Part shown: positions 61,201 to 64,000 of the stretch, in pieces
Layout: each line of letters opens with the position of its first letter
How positions within the stretch are numbered: position 1 is the first letter of the stretch
IMG/VR virus record: IMGVR_UViG_3300035158_000222
Coordinates: 1 to 64,000 of that record
From: a virus
Strand: one strand, 5' to 3'
Length of the DNA: 64,000 nucleotides
Made by a program: the position numbers and the translations under genes
The notes under the pieces: model-generated
What the model was told of the DNA's origin: nothing
Databases searched by the model: none
Seen by the model: only the letters and a program-made list of their open reading frames with translations

Positions 61201-64000
61201 AACATCTTTAGCTCCTTTGTATAGCAGGATTTCTGTTCCTATCGGAATCTTATCAAAGTCTTTGATGTGAGGATTCAGTTTCTTAACGGCTTCTATCCGC
61301 TCCTCGGGTGTAGGCTCTACGAATCCGACAACGGCATCCAGGTCCCATGGATCCATGAATGATTCTAGTGGACCCTCGAACTCTGTCACGATCTTTCTGT
61401 CGTCAAGCCTGCTCCAGAGTTGCTCCTGATCTACAGTATGGTCGGGATAATTCAACCATCGTCTTACCATCCGGATAGACATTAGTGCCTTGTCTATGGG
61501 CCCTGCATCGTCAGGCTCCATAATAACCTGGCCAAGTTTAAATTCATTCGGCATACCAAGAGACTTCATCTTCTTGTTAAGGAAGTTATCGGTCTCCATA
61601 CCGATCCACTGCAGGAAGTTTTCGAATTCATTTACTGTAGCTAGCGTGGCTGGCCAAGCCTCTTTGAACAGGAGATTGTTATACTTCATTAGACCTTCGA
61701 ATACGACCTGTGACGGTTTCCATTTGACTTCCTTGCCGGTAACCTTACCCCACAACTTTCTTGGTCCCCAGGTAATGCCATCCGCAGTATATAGCGGAGC
61801 CTTAATGTATGGAGATATAATAACCGCATCGAATAGAGCCCAGGCTCTGCTACCCAACAGATCATATGTCAGACGTGCTCTTGATGGAGCCTCCCTATAT
61901 GCCTCAATGATGCTGGTCGGCTTTACTAACCTTGCCTTCTCGAATGCCGCATGTTGCTTAGATTCATTATTTAATTCTTCGATCTCCTGGAATTGTCTTG
62001 CCCTGGCTTCCATCTCATTGGCTTCATCTATCTTCTTAAACGAATCAAGCAGCTTATTATAGAACCGGTCCAGTTCCTCGTTATATGATTTAAGTTCATT
62101 GTCATATTGCTCCTGGAGATCGGTAAGCTTTTGATTATCTGTCTGGACTCTTGAGTAGTTGTTTCTGATCCAGGATTCATTCTCTCTATATGAGGCTGCT
62201 ATCTTCTGTGCATTGCTAAGCTCTCCGGCATTCATGATCTTACCTGCGATAACCGCATCCTGGAATGTAGGATTATTAACAAGGTCTTCAAGCCTTGGTC
62301 CGATATTATTCAGGATGGTTTCCTTCACATTGATTCTCTCTGCTATCTTATTTCCTTTTGTTACTTCGAGATTATATTTATCTAGAGTGCTGTGAAACTT
62401 TTGGGCCAGATCGTTGATCTTGATTATCCTATCCCTGTTCAGCATCCCATATGTCGTATGTGTCATCTGTTCGAACTCTGTCATCGCATCGAATCTGTAG
62501 CTATCCTCGATATACTTGTCCATCTCAGGATCAATCAATGAGTCAAGCTCTGCCTTCTGATCCAGCATCTCGTCCATCATCTCGTCAGCAGATTTAGACA
62601 CGTCATCAAATTCGCTGGTAAGTATCTTAACTTCTTCCGATGTGGCAGATATATCCGATAGGGATTCTGCGATATCGCCCATCTCTGATATCGTCTCTTC
62701 GATCACGCGGTGCTTCTCTTCGGGCACAGTGGTAAGGTCCAGCTTATACATCTTATCCGTAGCATCCCTGGATAGCTGCAGGAGATCGGCTATATCATTG
62801 AACTTCCGCGTAGTTCTGTCCTGCACCTGGTATAGCGGGCTATCTTCCGGAAGGGCAAACATCTCTGCTTTCCTTTCCATTTCTTTTAATGCTTCCTCTC
62901 CCATCTTTTCCATGTCATATAGGGGCCTTCCTTTCTCATCTATCGGAATTGCAATCCCAAGCTTCTTGGCTTCTTCAAGTGCTGGGCCTCTAAGCCAATC
63001 GAACTCAGCCTGTCGTGTTGACTCGGCTTTCTGCTGTTCTATCTCAAATGCCTTAGGGGCTGTGGTCTTTCTGATTCTCTGTACCTCTCCCTTCTGGGAT
63101 ACAAGAGTAAAATCATATTGGTTGTATATATCGAGAACCTCTTCGTAGCCCTTGCCCTGTTTGATTGCTTCATCGATTCTATCTTTCAGTTCTTCAATCT
63201 TCTTATCGGTTACTGGCTTGTTTAGGAAGTTCTTAACCGCATCGTCTATTCTAACTTCCTCCTCGGCATCAAGCATAGTCTTAACTGCATTACCGAATCC
63301 CTTGCGGATCTTGTCCTGGACCGTTGCCTCTGGGGCATTGGTTCTGATACCGATGCTCGGAAAATAAGTGTTTGTTACAGGAATAAAGTAGTCGGTCATT
63401 CCTTCTCTGATTTTTTGTTTAAGACCTTCGAACTTCTTTGCATCTTCCGGGGCCTTGGGTTGGAAGAATTCATCGAATCTCTCTCCGAGTTTATCCATCT
63501 GTTCGGTCACGTCTACTCCGAATATACTAAAAAAAGACCTGGCCTCGTCCGGTTCAGGGACGGGTTCAGGTCTCTTTTCGGGAGCCCTTGGTCTAAGCTC
63601 TGGGGGAACTTCAGCTTCTGGAATGATATCTACTCTGGGTTCGGGAACTTCCGGCTCTACAACTTCCACCTCTACAGCCTCTGGAGGAGGTACAATCTCC
63701 ACCTTGGGCTCTGGAATTTCCGGCTCAACTACTTCTACTTTCGCCTCTGGGAACTCGGGTTCAACAACCTCTACCTTTTGCTTCTTGGCTAGGTAGCGTT
63801 CGTATGCGCCTTCTTCGCGCCATTCTTTCCCCAGGTCTTTATCGATTTGTTCGTCTGCTACGTTTGGGAAACGTGCCTTCACTTCGTTCCATACCGGACC
63901 CCAGTCAACTCCTGTTTGCAACTTTCGTATACCCTCTTTGATAGCATCATCGTATTGAGTGGCCGGGACAACAACCTCCTGCCCTACTTTAATCACATTG
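46276..64000 (-). CDS. Giant (>5,900 aa) virion ejection / polyvalent protein, 5' end outside window
   Basis: Single open frame; FHEIAH zincin motif (~56800), FIHEFQSD motif (~55710), LysM-like segments, C-terminal helical repeats. Confidence 0.85.
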   Translation of the reverse strand, partial: NVIKVGQEVVVPATQYDDAIKEGIRKLQTGVDWGPVWNEVKARFPNVADEQIDKDLGKEWREEGAYERYLAKKQKVEVVEPEFPEAKVEVVEPEIPEPKVEIVPPPEAVEVEVVEPEVPEPRVDIIPEAEVPPELRPRAPEKRPEPVPEPDEARSFFSIFGVDVTEQMDKLGERFDEFFQPKAPEDAKKFEGLKQKIREGMTDYFIPVTNTYFPSIGIRTNAPEATVQDKIRKGFGNAVKTMLDAEEEVRIDDAVKNFLNKPVTDKKIEELKDRIDEAIKQGKGYEEVLDIYNQYDFTLVSQKGEVQRIRKTTAPKAFEIEQQKAESTRQAEFDWLRGPALEEAKKLGIAIPIDEKGRPLYDMEKMGEEALKEMERKAEMFALPEDSPLYQVQDRTTRKFNDIADLLQLSRDATDKMYKLDLTTVPEEKHRVIEETISEMGDIAESLSDISATSEEVKILTSEFDDVSKSADEMMDEMLDQKAELDSLIDPEMDKYIEDSYRFDAMTEFEQMTHTTYGMLNRDRIIKINDLAQKFHSTLDKYNLEVTKGNKIAERINVKETILNNIGPRLEDLVNNPTFQDAVIAGKIMNAGELSNAQKIAASYRENESWIRNNYSRVQTDNQKLTDLQEQYDNELKSYNEELDRFYNKLLDSFKKIDEANEMEARARQFQEIEELNNESKQHAAFEKARLVKPTSIIEAYREAPSRARLTYDLLGSRAWALFDAVIISPYIKAPLYTADGITWGPRKLWGKVTGKEVKWKPSQVVFEGLMKYNNLLFKEAWPATLATVNEFENFLQWIGMETDNFLNKKMKSLGMPNEFKLGQVIMEPDDAGPIDKALMSIRMVRRWLNYPDHTVDQEQLWSRLDDRKIVTEFEGPLESFMDPWDLDAVVGFVEPTPEERIEAVKKLNPHIKDFDKIPIGTEILLYKGAKDVPQIMKNWEKTYNWMRDARNEFKYRFEKEGSLMDIVPAGPDRMKIIADIQMRNDLYAMGIKDITKIPAGTEIKIPITREDDISFLNILNDQTRVKLQNNYPVFTELLDEALMIVTDPIDLLWYPVGRGTRRLMRPLGQKIAYKLLDDAERTGFKRAALGTFEFIWSLDNVIRKGKVPTERFYSPQDATTFRELLTTFEPNKINLNTLTVASMKWRGISLAKLLPYKGKKITQLTDQELGVLRAQNEVKFIEAVAKVSGEFDLPATRVKNYLREYVADPIRASADAEDVFWKFNETMGLATEDIRRLMQMFPETYYKRVLVKKDKTKLKDLVSDEIKADTDLFNEVVELNRGLYGEAFDPNNISRGVGVIVSPDNFLKEFRQRIFESRNLGRFELVYYGEQVANLDKVGRQALLDLFRVIEKVDKDGKVIKRERMIKTTEELDRVKKKLYEDYPKKYHGSIDRAVEAADIYRKRDDFFRRMVEADQAVPIKVTDDFVFYGITPDDFSALHPHDQALWKNNQNLILRDPDTGVYRVMYRRTRKTRMGLSGDLLGAFTAIAQQQIENSRRFTIGKISDNWKTLFFEKNQKFQFDPKTRKLTATSKGKTKTIIEYVEAAKNRGEMGPVVVYNLLRTAYLNPKVGWYHQFLNSAQRGELTSILGKFDVVKNKKQVVWTKQMSELYPIQDVVQRTYEGGIKDPKTGVREMWKRTGVHEIGEGRYTPYDPEVDLVFSSAIGLENLYYTNPNLYAKLRNVLDRSYQVTKMWDREKKIWIDRPDAPFKLTPADELVYFLMKLGGDKPAFFPKAPYNIVEMIMRGRYLTDQNINELLRNFNTLGTMWAVTRRDDILKARTDAALYETTKKEFALYTKFELNKTKDANQFTTLKDKLKEWPGMVPEKEGGNKGWSFEKYTDEQVRKMSELWNDYEFWFAERKLNKQVSYILRRKVPKEAFTEKFNKFTKEIQKGGLDILMKMDKEPGATTRSIPKIMQDVFENNQRSRVWKVLEPRLVDRAVIDKLNEMEQRAAQAKIDMLVTQEKLNIAKKKKRSKATIDKWQKAYEAKRVEWKKLQDVGKDYAKKMAVPELKFVDRVTPDRRISKQKHVSEDYFVTPELARELEIILHPTDAKGKPNPWYGKKFAWFGDSAEERAIINYMREHPSFVEDTHFEVLAPQAKIEETLTSAEIMQRLRAKGTYDPIVYAILEDRLPAGSGFRANDSIHLISQSVDPVKAAENPEYYLRNFEKALATPIVGIRDETGSIVKTKTAMELLLEFTELSDIEQRMLVGLSEEGIAREATRLRRERSGGKRVTRDYRNKVDREEAFEKLTPEEVGALLRDIKSPREILSYEKYLDKLREWNAAFYAAKKELGAIDIVRFVRDPEARRPKTINVDPAPPEVLLLPPPKTKLEKQAYGKKMSRYAIDSASYQVASRFGVKVKVINRREMKWAGQFVNGQVYINRAYAKASTPFHEIAHPFIEVISRENVDLYKALKKELDTEGEILKYIEKKYPEIKVGSEDFYKEGIAEAIGRYAADKISLTTGQRLISKVRELLDRVADYFNVMFGKREVIRPGELRPDLTLEDIGNLIALEKRKVDIGDAAKYSAVDDAIERELGTNLTAEQRADMYVDRMYVLPQGPYNPRTRTVDNLDRALTDGSFSGFKVKRKLLNQKDADMKAISKRVNPVELKYKFVDWLGEKKPDTAIALTSPFKFEGIKKAELEAMELFRKDLLETTKEKSMPASELADAYRNWLRQRYDLGVVDVTGHEMYGIKNLIPIGPMTDIQKKKVPIEYKRRLFVDDAVITNAHRFGIREAKKRYNGIGWYAEFKIGDDVFIHEFQSDILPEIKKSFVNGDYEIAGGITGIEEVAKREAKNRVSMLAKYKNDLELMSAMDNYNDVAKASEKAVHEIDLNIKANRDITFDVTSNKIENKLIRMYFDGNTQQRKDIAKFAEDYKAEFARLESEAEKIPAKELAAKQGQIFIEQNTSLYRRNEAGKNIIKWLEKHKLTSDLIAGAKDKGIFSRIDSVYKYEPEARGDLNATILGIAELNSKLDAGKLKTMPRLGELSKLRKKQFGPHDPMADYVLAFVEEQSKRLGTDTTTGKLLYDLDRKYYKNIVDLNANFKAGRTLKVKIGRLEFKRGLYKNLDSAKKIIDYYQGQEKRYRTTFMDILSNKAVKGRKIADYDVYKRYADLYDSWFDITIRHALYNKKAEGYRSVYLPTGKASDLIEGNSLASKLYYTVEESAELNYKHFGREIWDMMRGHKINIGEFGKQFLEKQVPPAERALYKAYAAWQDAHGGIDELRKFGMLADVVDSTATIFSGILSGEIKSSLPEGKAFSKLLQREHSNWVNGRGDYVGPRKKTVDLRTGKETMETKPDIANPGVFYTKLKKIKGAKVSFETPRWSRTPLIRVDLDDMTDGPIPRFQKMIDDVGENPSAMERIKKKKIVKKGDEYRKRQLAISREKFDDWEWKVTRRPSEDAKAAAEVSKLNQVGGNVIGKHLLSKSAREAFKPKKLPKAIRDFSAEELVKNLGVAFDVANKIGPDDLARWVNDKSDKADYRKQIKGLNDQLEDLSNQTRKIERDYEKRINGEYKVIEDGQALYNRQREKAKKMIDKEKDPKARAGMRKIVAESAIEFTVKRKQIRDGIDILKKERDAKIKKLDKKVDEVSTDLAAVENRMRHDMSVERFLLTGDTPDGKIVDKDGNINTTIARHVYDELDREIKRVQDSMKRQEKTLRTGDPDIDYNDILFNYRTNQEALVRLKAIKKSVIPMAVARHNHIPIPIDGVYWADKGHITPEMGAAMGALHNAIADMGDKLLTREGLKEIGVPTVTHPTTEVPRITAADIKKQFYDKLPSAKDLGQIKIMKADIVQVGNARSMTEVHAAIKGLFRKTGREKDFPVVFDMSGTLKETLDSFRKDLERRSTRMVGAQKEELIRQANEVRGYIKNMTVIVDPDFHPDNLGRILVGEGFGMNDVEARAVTKMVDKMKERGAIWIFGESSELASPWHLKNSMYGKGMLPEDRAMHNLMREDFDQIVRAAADPKPGFPGHFPVDPDSFASEFFGVDKKGNITIDSLLESRPQIAERSARDMALAGLEADMIRHNVGVGEAADYKKFVRGSNILVVGGRSTFLNPDQRKAIMYGYNNGTRFVFNGVKMMPGEKAVFEFVSSLPNSKVAFMSFNEKNIMAIRNGNPVKISMRDPKLKKTVTKAKHVDLMFPTTRQFRTKAMRDLYEKFSLPGTVNILKHEELIKAKLRQELQESVSKWMGDPNKFPPWFITDKMNMYHNSYFQKPIKDIMVDWASIKGRQELKEKFDKGIDSAMKEYRDEIRKGFMEQNNGKPLLDWQERLIDEHHRQAIEISKNIKRYVFKFDMPSRLIESFKRKMANHMFYLHERQRQEFDDTFNGIHEQLVGEVPRNLRYYERANKLFLKTLPDVNQVQKTIRRTAFSTFIWSVLMLRPGWLLWNYLGDSMRVIMGTRNVRLFIDISRLQAEATALRMKKHLINVREFTKLMIGKEADIGVYNLEAYLKAKKDSRSIPGMLRSKRVRKAYMESIKPRNKNLVNEAIELGDWESITSAGLVQYLADPKKAEGHVRVLRDYMDSEPLNNFVVARKTARKLKLAGRVFFADYVSMAAQLENMRRVIMAHDLMYRKAFNKAKTEIKVKKFLYDYRDLTLAGRFFRTFFPFYAFTAKSIGLYLGAMIKYGPGVYQASNALLDAYDKLSADMPDQFKERVPFGDKIWVLPHFGVLEYLRVIVDPFESLKKFADNPLKMSFALGWGPFFAGGIELVGKRGFHETGPLMRDFGKYGWFAEEQRRYKERDASRFTDELTYSDEPSALVTFMMAYLPPLRVMESIFETDYAVQLRGTAWYNSKKVRAIFKWFGLNYLELEDVAFVWDSLNKLPPHERDLFKRSLEAENPDLWKYFQQYNMLLQMDRINKAKGKSKEQKIYDLHKFIVIQVYFEKEWEKDGSGDVWLAQNPDIKHIVEKHFDDLEKQYGITSKQILGKRKFEMAQVEASIRKMLTTTRDVDQNKIARMNLAGISHPFKKPFKEAELRAELFDKFGNLKVKNIDEVVKILEKYDAIVTFLDPQIYKEEAEVDYQRWQALGLEAQEQARDEDARFYGRMSLVFATLPDNLDELPDEEANKYWDKYNKRLEDLILSIPKWKQRYLDEMPPWQREYYEKRVQYGNWWGEMIQRIEREEDTDFFNWFNAKPGWFRKWYYLSNPDARLYFPLVQETNIRRQKIVDTQDKTGFDPADWKGLYDYIWKNQNALKAWDRRRPGTYNYYDKLKQLYDGLTKAREVDDSTIYFDLFFQKKGNKGWDDFREFYFSKEHNTWKRITYPYVRTWLELQKRDEENELLTGKRTNLATVWFWSEKNKKARETYHENKKIDGVHSVVDYQRVWKDAADKFEKDPGIIYQFVYDQEEWFRNRYFDIHPDRKVYYPMALKMQEFEEFQDRLGYFFKAENKTQRDAWERDKPGIVGYYKFWYDHNNIKEKDGRAAALEFYFSDANKDYRLRHDSANPGAIEAYTLWKQYEAIDRESWEGRKERREFLRENPKLREWWDRDKDISEEEVAFNLQREIYYTIIDKVEADGKGRQYYLDYFEARAKAQKYFDDNPEFEQWFKSDREITRTPKQQAMDTLMEQYNALDYDSERREFLLEHEDLDRYLLLQVPPGIRRIRLLQRAYFKIEHEDSDKQYELRQTFLDRYPELEEYWEVSKMPTSYWTDRSKFDTTRNKFSKAEKFFEAVEQKQWRSAEKFKDLLPAVPDTRTEEGRWLLNKLYGRAMSTWATTFGTFMSTYYFKMLPSWLRNEYFKRHPEKKFLSYLSLGRQMEEGLRIEDNKRPDQAWAVRQQNKFRKNIPFDIKKQVEDILVKRGTWQDRSVWTDAQWDQWWEARIARVNALRQKDLEELPLLRSELLRVMRRYPLSTLPKPLKGWGDVNPFIVTNVIAFTNEEFSNTLEDRKVLTRVPERAKI
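57951..57964. repeat. Palindrome CGAACTTAAGTTCG copy 5 (in CDS)
   Basis: Exact. Confidence 0.95.
63620..63780 (-). repeat. Tandem KVEVVEPE.PE peptide repeats
   Basis: Four to five P/E/V/K-rich units in the giant protein. Confidence 0.8.

Noticed and set aside
1-64000. Alternative genetic code (TAG or TGA recoding)
   Set aside because: Very long ORFs are intact in code 11; TAG (ssb, GT2) and TGA (CHAP, 35696) end genes at natural C-termini; no suppressor tRNA seen
46276-64000. Virion RNA polymerase within the giant protein
   Set aside because: No DxDGD/DFDID motif found; DEKGRPLY only loosely resembles the T7-type DxRGRxY; cannot be excluded without structure search

Overview
A 64-kb segment of a large tailed dsDNA phage genome. 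Essentially all real genes are on the minus strand and use the standard code 11. Reading right to left (the direction of transcription): a >5,900-aa ejection/polyvalent protein that runs off the right edge; podovirus-like tail/adaptor genes; HU; a tail fibre; two structural-subunit + partner modules with free-standing homing endonucleases; a glycosyltransferase; a phosphoesterase; a papain-like peptidase with a holin-like gene; and four proteins built from a 14-aa FxGDAxL repeat. An early/replication block follows (GroES-like, sigma-70 region 4, Cas4-like, UDG, SSB, DnaB-like, CHC2 finger, RuvC-like), then a CHAP amidase flanked by structured RNA, a tRNA cluster, and a nucleotidyltransferase + APS kinase at the left edge. 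Sigma70 promoters with adjacent DnaA boxes and SD-less TATG start contexts point to a bacterial host, plausibly Patescibacteria/CPR (inference). The least explained signals are in RNA/DNA: (i) a ~640-nt multi-helix ncRNA candidate carrying a segment antisense to a tRNA D-arm, (ii) a hairpin whose apical loop is complementary to an AGACCAC motif found just upstream of four late-gene start codons, (iii) a 14-bp palindrome CGAACTTAAGTTCG present five times in both coding and intergenic DNA, (iv) a 67-nt miniature tRNA-Gly-like RNA, and (v) several attenuator-like intergenic folds. All protein calls are by-eye motif recognition, not database hits.
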